Below are positions 41,601-54,278 of a stretch of DNA of 64,000 nt, one piece after another. The notes below the pieces were generated by a model, which was not told the origin of the DNA, did no database searches, and worked only from the letters and a program-made list of their open reading frames with translations. The DNA comes from Nitrosopumilaceae archaeon (lineage in GTDB: Archaea; Thermoproteota; Nitrososphaeria; Nitrososphaerales; Nitrosopumilaceae): the NCBI GenBank assembly GCA_965207375.1, contig CBDBMG010000003.1, positions 480,001 through 544,000 of the forward strand. Reading direction: 5' to 3'. A program made the position numbers and the translations under genes. The stretch's first letter is position 1. The number at the start of each line of letters is the position of its first letter.

Positions 41601-42014
41601 ATCATGACTTTCATTTGCATGTGTGCTATACATAGAAGTTTATGTGATTTAGTAGCTAAATGCATCTGTTTAGTCAGTATGCTAAAATCAAATTACTTGA
41701 GCTTGGCAGATGTATACGTGCATGCAATCATGTGGTAGTTACATGTGGAAACTTATTTTGGTATAGCAGTTCAATTGTACAGCTATATAATTGTATATCA
41801 CATTGTCAATTCTGTATCTGCAGTATGTTGTCTGATCATTGCTTTTTGCTCAACTAATGTGACCTACCATTTTTAAAATTTAATATCTCTTGTTGTATAA
41901 AGCTATCTAAGATCAAAGTAAAAAAGTGTACTTTATTATCCATAATGTGCACTGTGTGCTACTAGATTATCCATGGTCATAATAAAGTGCTGTTCTATGT
42001 TTTCCTGTGATCAC

Positions 42015-42676
42015 AACGGGTAAGTGGAAAATGCGGACTCGCAGATTCCGCCGGAAACACGGAATCTCGGATTTTAAGGTTAAATCATATCACGTGCAGG
42101 ATATTTATTGCTCCATGTGATGTTTCCGACAAAATGGACGGAGGTAAAGGGAGTCATGGCACCTCTGACACGGAGTATTCTGTCACATAAAGATCCCCCC
42201 AGCTAAGAAGTACGTCTCAACATAACCCTACCTCTGATAGATACGTATCTCCATGGTAGGAAGTTTGAATACATGGTACTGCACTACACCATGATCATTG
42301 ATGGTTGCATGGATTAATTAACGAAATCAATCCTCGCCGTTATACATGTACATCATCGGCGAATCGCATTGACCTCAGGTCGAGTGTCAGTTGATGCTGC
42401 ATGCCCTCTTCGAGGATCCCTGTATCTATCAGAGTTACGTGTATTTATATCTATCAGAGGCAGGGTTATGTTGAGACGTACTTCTTAGCTGGGGGGATCT
42501 TTCTGTGATAGAATACTCCGTGTCAGAGGTGCCATGACTCCCTTCACCTCGGTCCATTTTGTCGGAAACATCATGTGGAACAATAAACATCCTGCACGTG
42601 ATATGATTTAACCTTAAAATCCGGGATTCCGTGTTTCCGGCGGAATCCGCGAGTCCGCGTTTTCCACTTATCCGTT
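42015..42676. mobile_element. Foldback element with ~230-bp TIRs
   Basis: AACGGGTAAGTGGAAAATGCGGACTCGC.. / ..GCGAGTCCGCGTTTTCCACTTATCCGTT, flanked by CAC. The empty paralogous site GTGATCACAACCC is at ~36298. Confidence 0.9.
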
Positions 42677-42843
42677 CACAACCCACACAGACAACATTCC
42701 ATGTTTGTGGGTAGTTAATTACTTGTTGACACCTTCTATGTAAACACCATGCAAAACTGTAAACAAGTTGTAATTTAACATTTAATCCTACAATTTAATT
42801 GAATGAATTTGAAATATATATTTCACTTGGCTGCACCTTGTGC

Positions 42844-43759
42844 CAGTGGCGTAACTAAACCCGGGCCTACCCGGGCCTGGGCCCGGGCATCAATTTTGAG
42901 ATGTTTTTAGAAATGAAAGTCTAAGTTTATATCCAGTGACTACTATCAAATTGTGCGCAAGTAGCTAATCATAACATGCTAATATATACCTTAATGCTTT
43001 TATCTCCATTTATCGAATAGCTAGTATGATAGCCGAAACAAGCGCCACTAAAAATAATTTGTCACATGATAACTTATTATGGCCAAGCGCGTGTTTTGTA
43101 AGCAGTAGCAAAGTGTGATTTTGAGGTGAAATGGTTAAGTACTGGTGATTATCACGAGGAGCGTACACCATTTCTCTCAGATTATTTATGATTCAGTCAG
43201 TGAGTTCACGGACAAAATGGCGCGTAATCATGCCGGAGTGTATCAAGTAAGGCTCAAACCCTACATGGACAAAGGCAAGGATCATAGAATAGGCAACCTG
43301 CAATGGTATACAATCCATAGTGAGTTTTAAAATAGATTCAAAGACCTCTGCACACTTGGAGATTCGCAAGTCAAAGATTTAATGATTACCGGTGGCAAGA
43401 AAGAAGCAGCATCTCGCCAGCAAAAGTATAATTAATGCACAGATATAACCATGCACATGTAATATATTTAGCATATATTATAAACACTGAGCTGCAGGAA
43501 CAGGAGCTAATAGCTGGCTTCATGCATTTCTACAGTGTTCAGTAGGTCACAATGCACTTTTTGTTTAAATTAAAGATAATGTGAATAATTATATTTAACC
43601 ATTATACTGACGGAATGCACAAGACTTTTGGCAACTGAATGTACCCAGACAACAGACTGGAACTATGAACTTGTCTCACGATTACACTTAATCCGGCTAT
43701 TATATAAAGTATGTCAGTATCTGGGCCCTGGCATCAGGAGCAGGCTGGTTACGCCACTG
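42844..43759. mobile_element. hAT MITE
   Basis: CAGTGGCGTAAC / GTTACGCCACTG with perfect 8-bp TSD CCTTGTGC. Confidence 0.92.
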
Positions 43760-44527
43760 CCTTGTGCTATATTAGTCTCTTGACCACTCCCTTGTGCTAT
43801 AGATGTATTGCACTCATCCCTGTATTGTAACTAGTATATAAGGAAAAAGTTTCACAGTTGCCAATGCACCTGTGAAAATTTCCATCTCTAACAAATTGGT
43901 ATACTGTATGCATTCATCCTTTGATCTGCCCATGCACAGCAATGTGATATACAGTAGCTAGCAGTGCCTAACTGGTAAAGGACTAAAGGTAGATATACGA
44001 TGTAATTATCAGCCAGTTCTTGTCCCTTCAAAAATGAGACAACACATCACTTTTAGCACAATGCATATGTGAAGCTGAACTGATTTGTTAAATCAGTGCT
44101 GTAAGATATGAATCCTAATAGAGCACTCAATGATTGTGATTTCAACAGTTAGTGATAGTGCATAAATTTGGAGTTTTTATATAATGCACACAAATTACTG
44201 AATAAGGTAAAGCCTGTAGATGATCCTAGCTATAAAGACACAGTGAACATTGGAATTTAAAATACAATTACGTAGCTGTTAATAATAATTTGTATATCAT
44301 AAATTATTTTAATCCCACATCAATTACAATAATCCACATTCTGTGCTAACAAAAATCTATATTTTATATTTTTAATCATTTTACAGTACAACTCATGGAA
44401 GGCATGAAATTAAAAAAAAGAAAACAAGAATACAGTTGCACCAAAGGTCTGATGGCAACTTGTGTCACCAGCCTTAACTAAATTACAAGTAGATTATATA
44501 ATGATTGTTACATTAAACTAATTAACT

Positions 44528-45280
<753 letters not shown>

Positions 45281-45359
45281 ACTATATAATAAGGAAAAGG
45301 GGAGGGATGCATGTTGATAATATCAGTCAGGTGTGAGGTCTTGAGCACCTTGAACAGCA

Positions 45360-46470
45360 GAGGTAGTGAAAAGTACAAATATTATCATTACCAAAGTTCT
45401 TGGTAAAGTGATTCCATTTCAAAAAAGATGTATTTGTAGATACAGGTTGGGTAATATCTATGGGGGTAAAGAATTCCAAAGGCATGGCAGTCTACAAAAG
45501 TAAAAGTGATGGGATATGTTAGAAGAAGAGCACTGATGAATCAATTTATGAAAAGTAGATCTAGTATTTGAAACTCTGAACTTTATGTAGTCATTGATAT
45601 TAAAATGTTGGGTTGGGGATTTATAAAGAAGGTTAGATCATTTAATTTGTAAATGTACATCAAAGGTAATAAATTCAGACTCAAAAGACGTGATTTGTAA
45701 CAGGAAGTATAATCATTTAAAATATATTTGGTAGCTCTTCTCTGAACTCTACAAAATATCTTTTATAAGGTACGGACACCACACTTGGGAACAATATAAT
45801 AATTGCGATCTTATAGATATAAACGTTTTTTAACTAAATAGAAGTCAGTGGAAAAATTTTGATGAAGTAGTCCAAGAACCTTGTAAGCCTTGCCAATAAT
45901 TTGCTTATAATGACAACTCCAGTTCATGTTAGATGATAAAATAATGCCAAGGTTTTTAATTTCACCAACTTTAGAAATTGTCTTATTATTGAAAGTAAAT
46001 ATGTGCGAATTTAGAATAACTCAGTGTTAGAACTCTAGTGAAAAATGCTGTCAAGATCATCCTGCAATAATTGTATATCGTTGATATTAGAGATTGTTTT
46101 GACACACTTAGTATCATCAGCATAGATAAATGGTAGTGCAGATGTTAAACAACTGGGTAAGTCATTTATGCATAGAGCAACCAATATGCTACCCTGGGGA
46201 ACACCAGATGTAACATTGACAGGATGCAATAATGAGTTTTAATCCGCACATATTGTATGTGGTGGCTCAAGTATGCTTGAAACCACCTCCATAGAGCTCC
46301 AGTGATACCATATATACGACCTTGATTTCACTAAAAATTTGGAGTCTGGGACAGAGTCAAAAGCCTTTCTGACATCGAGATAGATAACATTATTTTTATT
46401 GCTTCCCTTTGCCTCAAGTAGATTATTTATAAACACAATTAATTGTAGTGTAGAGTGACCAGGAAAAATC
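45360..46470 (-). mobile_element. Degraded, 5'-truncated non-LTR retrotransposon (CR1/L2-like) RT fragment
   Basis: YLDVRKAFDSV, VTSGVPQGSIL and YADDTK motifs in broken frames. Confidence 0.88.
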
Positions 46471-46929
46471 TGTATCACAGGAGCCGGTTTGGATTTATTT
46501 TAATAGCCCTCAGCTAACAAACAACATTTTTAGATTTTAGGAACCTCATGATCATTAACCGCAAAAGATCAAAACGTATAGAGCTGTGTCTGTTAATTAA
46601 GCTCAAAAAATTGCCTGTTATACTTTTTTAAACAAATAAATTATAATTTATAGTGGTGCCTAACACAGTGACTACGGAAGGAGTTGTAGAAGCTGTCTTG
46701 TGAATTTCTGCTGCTATAAAGTGTTGATAGGCAGTGGAATGAGTGTATTTTATACTTTTTAGACGGGATAACCGACTCCCCGACTCTAACTTTCCTGACT
46801 CCTTTTTTAAACTACAAATGGCACGAGTATTATTACCCAGTTTGCACCCCACGCCATAAATTTAGCCTATTATGCTTGATGCTTTACCAGAGGAGGTAGA
46901 ACATGTGTACGTGTATACTGCAAAATTGA

Positions 46930-47178
46930 GGCATGTTTGATATCTGCAACAAGCGTGTCCAATCCATAATCACAATAAACAGATGTGACACTCAAGTCAT
47001 TCTCCTTCATATCAGTCGTCAGTGATACCAATCCGCGGGTACTAACTAGAAGAAAATCGGTGACTTGATCCCAAAGGAAATGAGCAGCAGTATACACCAT
47101 GTAAAATCATCTAATTTGCGTCTCGAACAACATTTCCTGACTGCCACGGTCGATGGTGCCGTTCAGTAGTATTAACAT
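46930..47178 (-). mobile_element. Internally deleted second copy of the IS3EU-like element's 5' region
   Basis: 47025-47178 is the reverse complement of 13201-13345. It is joined to NDLSVTSVY..LDTLVADIKH, which matches the transposase segment CNLSVSSVY..LDVLVADIKH (13965-14045). Confidence 0.8.
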
Positions 47179-47273
47179 GAGTATACATTAACAATTCACG
47201 TGATACAGATTCACGTGATCTAATCCGCGGATGATGCAACATATGCCACACCACATCGTATAGCTCTGGAGTA

Positions 47274-47523
47274 CAAGGACGGCTCAGAAGGTGGGGCTGG
47301 TAGGGGCAGAGCCCCACCACATTTCCCATATCTTAATTCTTGGTATAGTTATGTTAAAATGAATATACTCTAATAGAACAGTCTTAATCCTATCAACAGT
47401 GAATTGAATTTTTGGGTTGTAATAATTATGTACATAGCATATGAGTGGGTAGGGTATACTTTACATGATGACTACAAGCAAGACAAGTTCCCTACCACTA
47501 CCTGTTAGCTTGAGCCGCCCCTG
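47274..47523. mobile_element. hAT-like MITE
   Basis: CAAGGACGGCTCA / TGAGCCGCCCCTG with degenerate 8-bp flanks CTGGAGTA / GTGGTGTA. Confidence 0.6.
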
Positions 47524-48062
47524 GTGGTGTACTTATATACCCGGCCGTGGATGCCATGCACCCCTTGCATTCAGTTTTGCACTGAACCGACCCGTACTGC
47601 TACACACAATGTAACTGCCCCGTGCGTTTTGCGACCGCCCCGTACACCTGATGTAACCGCCTCGTATACGCGATGTAACCGCCCTGTGCATTGTGCGACC
47701 GCCCCGTACGATGTGTAACCGCGTATCGACACTTGATGGAAAGCAATGCGATGTATTTTTACACTGATTACTCTTCATAATCATGACTAGGCTACACTAT
47801 ACGGATACACATGCCACGTGCTGGGCATTAAATAGAGTGTAACAGGCTTCTGGCATGTCTGCTAGTAAAAAACAAGAATTGTGTAATGGTTAAAAAGTTA
47901 ATCATAAGGGGTAATGGGTAGAGTGAAGTAATAAACAGTAATTAATAATATACAACTTTTTAAACTTTTGCTGCTAGCTAATAATTAAAGTGTACAAACA
48001 ATAATGATTTTCATAGAAAAAGCTCCCTCACATGCGTTCATTGAATATATCAATGAACCATA

Positions 48063-51000
48063 TGTGACGTGTCTCGTACACTAGACTCTCGGCCTGGTTC
48101 ACTCCAATACTTCAAGCCAAGTCACGCTTCACTACCACTAGTGCGCATGTCATAATAATGTGTCGACACACGTGATCACACGTTACATCTTTCCTCCCAA
48201 AAGAAAAAAAAACAAAAAAAATCCTACCTATAACACAAAACACACAAAATGTACATTTTAACTAGCTTAACCTATGGGAGGAATAAACCAATAATAAACA
48301 AATACTAAATAGTTACGATTGTATGTAGTCTTCCATCCAGTGAGGTGCTCTATGGGTTCTTTGAGATCTACGCAAAGTGCATGGTTCTTGTGGTACCGCA
48401 GTGGTTAATGATGTTGATATTCCATCTTGTTCCATTGGTGCACTACCATTATCCATGCCTTCTTCTGGGTGCACTGTCTGTGGGTCCATGTTCCCTGTAT
48501 CAAACAACTCATCTGTGTGGATCACATGATGACGATTTCTTCTGTAGATTGTGTTTCCTACGTTTACTTCATAACTCCTTGGTCCTACTAATGCTTTACA
48601 AATTCCCACACTCCAAGTTTTTTGACCTGGTAATCGTATCCTTACCGTCTCCCCTGGAGAAATGGGTCTCAGATCCCTTCCATGTTGGTTGTAATATTGC
48701 TGTTGACGTTCTTTTTGTGCTTGCAGTTCCTGGATATCTTGTTTGATTGGGTATCTGGGGCTTAAAAGTGTTTTTGTGATGGGGAGCAATGTTTTGCAGC
48801 GGCGTCCTAAGAAACGCTGTGCTGGGCTGGTTCCCATCCCCTCTGTTGGAGTGTTTCGCCAGTCTAAAAGAGCAAGATGTTCTGATTGCCCTGATTCCTG
48901 ACATTTTGTGAAAAGCCTTTTGATGGTTTTGACAGCATTTTCAGCTTTGCCGTTTGATTGTGGATAATAAGGCGAGGTCGTTGTGTGTGTAAAATGCCAT
49001 GTTCGTGCAAATTTTGCAAATTCTGCAGACGAAAATTGTGGACCATTGTCAGAGATGACTATGTCTGGTACTCCATATCTTGAAAACAGACACTTTAGAA
49101 CTTTACTCACGCCTTGTGTTGTAGGTGTATGAATTCTCTCTACTTCTATAAAATTACTGTAGTAGTCACACACTACCAGTAAGGTACGGCCCTTCAGTTC
49201 ACATAAATCCACTCCAATTCTAGCCCATGGTCGTTCTGGTATCTCATGTGACAACAAAGGTTCCTTTCCTTGAGATGTGCGATGTGCCAAACAAATGTCA
49301 CACTTTGAGACGTATTCTCTCAACTCTGCGTTCATTCGAGGCCAGTAAAGACTATCCCGAGCTCTTCGTATTGACCCTTTAATAATTCCAATATGTGAAG
49401 CATGAACCATTGCCATCATTTCTCTTCGTAAAGCAACTGGTATCACTACACGTGACCCCTTGAAAACCAACTGGTCTTGTATTGTCAACTCATCACGAAA
49501 ATCATAATAAGCTCGGATACATGTTGGCACGTTCCTCTTGTTTTCAGGCCATCCCTGCTGAATTGTCTCTCTAAGTATTTGCAACACAGGATCATCCGAT
49601 GATGCATGTTTTATTTGCAGTAATCTATCCTTACTAACAGCTAGTAGGGTGTCTGTTGTATGGTCAATACCTTCCAAATTTGATGCAATGTCACATGCAC
49701 CCACATCTGGTAAGTGTGCCCGGCTAAGGGTGTCTGCTAAAAACATCGTTGTCCCTTTTTTGTATTTCCACTGCAAGTTATATTTTTGTAGCTTAAGCAA
49801 CATTCTCTGGAGCCTTTGTGGAGCATTGTGTAGGGGCTTTAGCACTATTGATTCTAATGGCTTATGGTCTGTTTCAATATTTATCCTGCTGCGTCCATAG
49901 ATATATGCATCAAAATGGTCGCATGCAAAAACTACTGCGAGGAGCTCTTTTTCTATCTGCGCATACCGGGTTTCCACTTCTGATAGAGCTCTTGACGCAT
50001 ATGCCACTGGTTGTCCATTTTGCATCATTGCTGCACCCAACCCTGACTGTGAGGCATCACACTGCAATGTAACCTCCTCATTTAGATTATAGTACCGAAG
50101 TACTGGTGTGCTCATGACAGCTTCTTTTAGTTTATCTAGTGCCTCTGGTTGTGGATGTTCCCATGCCCACACTGTGTCCTTCTGGGTCAGCTCACGCATT
50201 GGTTTGGTAATATCTGATAGGTGTGGCAAAAATTTACTAAGGTACTGTGTTAATCCCAACAGCCTCTGCACACCTGCCACATTCTTGGGTAAGGGCATAT
50301 CTTTTATTGCCTGTACTTTAGCAGGATCCACACATAAGCCCTGTTGTGTTGCAATATGCCCAATGAAAGGTACCTCTTGCATCCGTAATTTGAGTTTGTC
50401 TGCATTGAGCCGCACTCCACGTTCCTCACATCTTTGTAGAAGCACTTCTAAGTTCTTGTCATGGTCATGGATTGCATTCTCCTCTGTCTGCCCTCGTCCT
50501 ACCACCACAAAATCATCTGCAATTACTTCTACTCCTGTCAATCCTTCAATAAGTTCGTGCATACGTCTCTGAAAAACTTCTGGGGCTGAGCAGATTCCAA
50601 ATGGCATTCGCTTCCAGCGATATCGGCCAAAAGGGGTATGAAAGGTTGTGAGAAAAGATGATGATTCATCTAACGTGATGTGCCAGAATCCACTACGGAC
50701 ATCCAATACACTAAATACCTTTGCACCATAAAGGCGTGTTGCCACATCTTCAATAGTGGGTAGTGGATAATGCTCTCGCTGGATGGCTGTATTCAGATCT
50801 TTTGGATCTAGACAAATCCGCAATGTGCCATTTTTTTTTGGAACCGCAACCATTGAGCTAATCCAACTTGTAGGTTCTGTAACAGGTGCAATGATATTTG
50901 CTCTCACCATACTGTTCAGAGTTTCCTTCAGTCGTTGTCTAAGTGCCACGGGAACCCGCCTTGGTGCATGTTGTACTGGCTGAACACTAGAATCTAGGCG

Positions 51001-52695
51001 AATATGATAATCACCAGCCACTTTACCAACTCCTTCTTTGAACACCGTAGGGTATTTCTTGATAAGCTGCTGTTGTGACATAGCGTTTGTGGGCTCCAAT
51101 GTGAATACAGTGGCTTGTCCTACATGTGGTTTGCATAGTGCGTCATTGTCAAGATATGCAACAATTTCCATGTCTAAACAGGCCTTTCTTCCTAAAAGTG
51201 GACGAATATTCGTGCAATTCACTAGCTTACATTCCAATGTGTACTGACGGTTGCCCCGTTCTACTTCCATGAGTACTTGCCCTGTCACTGGCAGTGTGGT
51301 ACCTCCGTATGCTGTAATTTGCGACTTTCCAAGTTTGGCCTTCCTTAGTTTATGGTCATTAGTAGCTTGTCTGTAGAGTGCTAATGGTATAACGTTGCAC
51401 TGTGCTCCAGTGTCAACTTGAAAACGTAAAAAATTGCCTGATTTGAGCTTCAATGTTACAAACTGTGAGTCGTCTAAACTGACTGCTGCAATTTGAGTTG
51501 GGAATACTTCATCCCCATTGTCATCAACCAGTTTCACAGAGCCTTTTGCAGCAGTGCTGCAGCACTTGTTGGCAAAATGATTGGGCTTATGACATTTGTT
51601 ACACAGCTTCCCAAATGCTGGACATAGCTCTCTCTTACGCAGTTCATGTTTGCGTCCACAGTACCAACACTCTGGCATGTCTGGTTTGCTTGGCATTATT
51701 GATTGCTTATCCGATCCAGTCTGATTTCCTTGTGAAAACTTTTTTTCTGTCTGATAGCCTTGGAATTTAACTGCATGAATCAATGTGCTTGATTCATCTG
51801 TGATTGTCTTCATCTGTATGTTAAGACTTTCGGCAGCCCTGCATATTTCATCTGCCTTGGTCAGGGTTAGACTAGGTTCGCGAAGAAGACGTTCTCGTAC
51901 CTTGTCGTCTCGTATGCCAAATACTAATCTGTCGCGTAGGATCTCCTCCGGTGTAATGGACGCAAATTCACATCCTTCAGACAGCTTTCTTAGTGACGTC
52001 CGATATTGTTCATAAGACTCTCCTGGTTCTTGTACACGACGATTGAAGCAGTATCTTTCGAATGGCACGCTCTTTCTTGGTTGGCAGTAATTCGCAAATT
52101 TCTGTAACACTGACTCTATTTTGTTATTGTCACCTTCATTTTCCCACATAAAAGTTGCGAACACTTCACGCGCGTCTTCTCCAACAACCGTGAGTAAAGT
52201 TGCCACTTGAACTTTTTCTGATTTCTTGTTCAATTCAATTGCTAACGCATAGTTTGTCCATGCTCGTTTGAACTTTTTCCAGTTCTCTGCTGCTAATGTT
52301 CCATGAATGTCCAACGGCGGTGGAGGTGGGAGTGCATATCCGGCCGCCATTTTGTCTGTGACTTGTTCCCGCCAACAATACAGAAGGAAATCTCTGTAAA
52401 AAAAACTACAAATTAAAAGTCTTGGATAGAGAAACACTCGCCTTTACTGGTACCTTAACCCGGTACCAAGGATTCGTTCTGTTGGTTATTAATTCAGTCC
52501 GTCCGCGTGGAGATTCGCTTAAATCCGATGAGTACATTGACAACTCGACGGAATCCCACTCCTGTCACCATGTGACGTGTCTCGTACACTAGACTCTCGG
52601 CCTGGTTCACTCCAATACTTCAAGCCAAGTCACGCTTCACTACCACTAGTGCGCATGTCATAATAATGTGTCGACACACGTGATCACACGTTACA
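48063..52695 (-). mobile_element. Full-length Ty3/Gypsy LTR retrotransposon (Mag-like)
   Basis: Two 125-bp TG..CA LTRs (48063-48187 and 52571-52695) that read identically. 5-bp TSD CCATA. PBS TGGTGACAGGAGTGGGAT next to the 5' LTR (tRNA-Leu-like). Purine tract GGGAGGAAAGA next to the 3' LTR. Confidence 0.97.
48313..52350 (-). CDS. Gag-Pol polyprotein (Gag, Zn knuckles, protease, RT, RNase H, integrase), single uninterrupted ORF
   Basis: CWYCGRKH / CNKCHKPNH, VDTGAQCNVI, IADDFVV, QCDASQSGLG, SDNGPQF..SNGKAENAV. The likely ATG is at 52350 (MAAGY). Confidence 0.96.
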   Translation of the reverse strand: MAAGYALPPPPPLDIHGTLAAENWKKFKRAWTNYALAIELNKKSEKVQVATLLTVVGEDAREVFATFMWENEGDNNKIESVLQKFANYCQPRKSVPFERYCFNRRVQEPGESYEQYRTSLRKLSEGCEFASITPEEILRDRLVFGIRDDKVRERLLREPSLTLTKADEICRAAESLNIQMKTITDESSTLIHAVKFQGYQTEKKFSQGNQTGSDKQSIMPSKPDMPECWYCGRKHELRKRELCPAFGKLCNKCHKPNHFANKCCSTAAKGSVKLVDDNGDEVFPTQIAAVSLDDSQFVTLKLKSGNFLRFQVDTGAQCNVIPLALYRQATNDHKLRKAKLGKSQITAYGGTTLPVTGQVLMEVERGNRQYTLECKLVNCTNIRPLLGRKACLDMEIVAYLDNDALCKPHVGQATVFTLEPTNAMSQQQLIKKYPTVFKEGVGKVAGDYHIRLDSSVQPVQHAPRRVPVALRQRLKETLNSMVRANIIAPVTEPTSWISSMVAVPKKNGTLRICLDPKDLNTAIQREHYPLPTIEDVATRLYGAKVFSVLDVRSGFWHITLDESSSFLTTFHTPFGRYRWKRMPFGICSAPEVFQRRMHELIEGLTGVEVIADDFVVVGRGQTEENAIHDHDKNLEVLLQRCEERGVRLNADKLKLRMQEVPFIGHIATQQGLCVDPAKVQAIKDMPLPKNVAGVQRLLGLTQYLSKFLPHLSDITKPMRELTQKDTVWAWEHPQPEALDKLKEAVMSTPVLRYYNLNEEVTLQCDASQSGLGAAMMQNGQPVAYASRALSEVETRYAQIEKELLAVVFACDHFDAYIYGRSRINIETDHKPLESIVLKPLHNAPQRLQRMLLKLQKYNLQWKYKKGTTMFLADTLSRAHLPDVGACDIASNLEGIDHTTDTLLAVSKDRLLQIKHASSDDPVLQILRETIQQGWPENKRNVPTCIRAYYDFRDELTIQDQLVFKGSRVVIPVALRREMMAMVHASHIGIIKGSIRRARDSLYWPRMNAELREYVSKCDICLAHRTSQGKEPLLSHEIPERPWARIGVDLCELKGRTLLVVCDYYSNFIEVERIHTPTTQGVSKVLKCLFSRYGVPDIVISDNGPQFSSAEFAKFARTWHFTHTTTSPYYPQSNGKAENAVKTIKRLFTKCQESGQSEHLALLDWRNTPTEGMGTSPAQRFLGRRCKTLLPITKTLLSPRYPIKQDIQELQAQKERQQQYYNQHGRDLRPISPGETVRIRLPGQKTWSVGICKALVGPRSYEVNVGNTIYRRNRHHVIHTDELFDTGNMDPQTVHPEEGMDNGSAPMEQDGISTSLTTAVPQEPCTLRRSQRTHRAPHWMEDYIQS

Positions 52696-53380
52696 CCATA
52701 TACTGCTGTTGTTCCACTTCGCCTACTTTGGGGTCCATCATTAAAGGAAAGTGAAATCATTGAGGTTCAGGAAGGCAAAACCAACTATAGTGTGAAGATC
52801 TTGTTGCTAGGTAAATATTTGTTTTGCAGTAGTGATAGTTACTGTTTATTTGTTTGACTACACCTGCAGGAACACGAGAGAAATGTAAGGCTGAGCAAGT
52901 GAAATATGAAGATGATGAAGAGAAGGAAAATGCAAAGCCCAAGGGGCAGAAAAGAAGCACACAGGTTTGTACACCTGAATTTGAAGTCCTGTACTTGCAT
53001 ATTTAATTTTACTTAGGAATATAAGACCAACTTGGAAGGCTGCCCTGCTAAAAGGCAAAAGAAAATGGAAGGCTGCCCTGATAAAAGGGAAAAGAAAATG
53101 GTATGCACTAATCTTCTATTATATTATTCGATAGTTGGCAGAGTTGTAGAAAACTTTTGTAGTAGTATGTGGTGTACGAGTTCAAGACAAGCTCAATAGA
53201 TTCTCCAAACACAAGGAACAAACTGTTGTTTTACCAATTCATACTTTAATTTTACATTAAGGCAGTTATTTCATTGTTTGAGTTGCATGTTCATTTAAGC
53301 TTGTACAAGTATGTGGTTCATGTTGTATTCTGATCTAGGAACCCAAACCAGTGTTGGAAGTTGGCCCTGACACACCTATA

Positions 53381-53760
53381 GAGAGGAGCCGGTGTTGACT
53401 ACCAGAGAGGAGCCGGCATTGACTACCAGAGAGGACCCAGCGTTGACTACCAAAGAGGAGCTGGCGTTGATTACCAGAACAGAGCCAGTGTTGACTGCCA
53501 GGGAGGAGCCGGTGTTGACTACCAGAGAGGACCCAGTGTTGATTACCAGAACAAAGCCAGTGTTGACTACCAGGGAGGAGCCGGTGTTGATTACCAGAGA
53601 GGAGCTGGTGTTGACTACCAGAGAGGACCCAGTGTTGATTACCAGAACAGAGCCAGTGTTGATTACCAGGGAGGAGCCAGTGTTTATTACCAGAGAGGAA
53701 CCGGCATTGACTACTAGAGAGAAGCCGGTGTTAACCACCAGGGAGCCTGAGTTTACTACC
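53381..53760 (+). repeat. 24-bp coding tandem repeat (REEPVLTT)n, ~16 units
   Basis: AGAGAGGAGCCGGTGTTGACTACC unit, open in the + frame inside a predicted exon. Confidence 0.9.
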
Positions 53761-53919
53761 AGCAGTGCGGATACTATAGATCATGTAATTCCTATAATGT
53801 TGATAAAATGCTGTAATTAATATCCATATTGTAGGATATTGTGGATGGATATCGAGTTGACGACTATTTTGATTTAAGTGATCTGGAGATCTCTTATGAT
53901 GTATGTATTATAAAGAATA

Positions 53920-54207
53920 ATGCACCTATCAACATGTTTCCCCATTCCTCGGGATTATATGGAGCTATGGTGGGGATTTGACATGCCCTAATGTCAAATG
54001 CCCCATAGTAGAGCAAACTGAGTGTGTCGTATGCCAATTTATCCACACGTAAACCACAGTTGCAACATAGGGTTTTGACATATATCAGGCTTTGAATTGA
54101 AAAGTGGTTATATATCAAGTGTAGGGTACAGTTTTGTGTCAATGCTCCCAGTAATGCCCCACTTAGGCTTGAGAGGGGGTAGCAGGGAAATACATTGATA
54201 GGTGCAT
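53920..54207. mobile_element. MITE (ATGCACCTATCAA TIR)
   Basis: ATGCACCTATCAA / TTGATAGGTGCAT. Confidence 0.7.
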
Positions 54208-54278
54208 AATGTTGCTGTAATACATACTATCAAGAGTTTATTATGTGTCTGGAGTCGAAGTTCGCCTAATGTCTTAAC

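Noticed and set aside
48345-52015. Plus-strand ORFs within the Gypsy element
   Set aside because: Antisense shadows of gag-pol.
52545-52570. tRNA gene
   Set aside because: Only the ~18-20 nt primer-binding site matching a tRNA 3' end, not a full cloverleaf.
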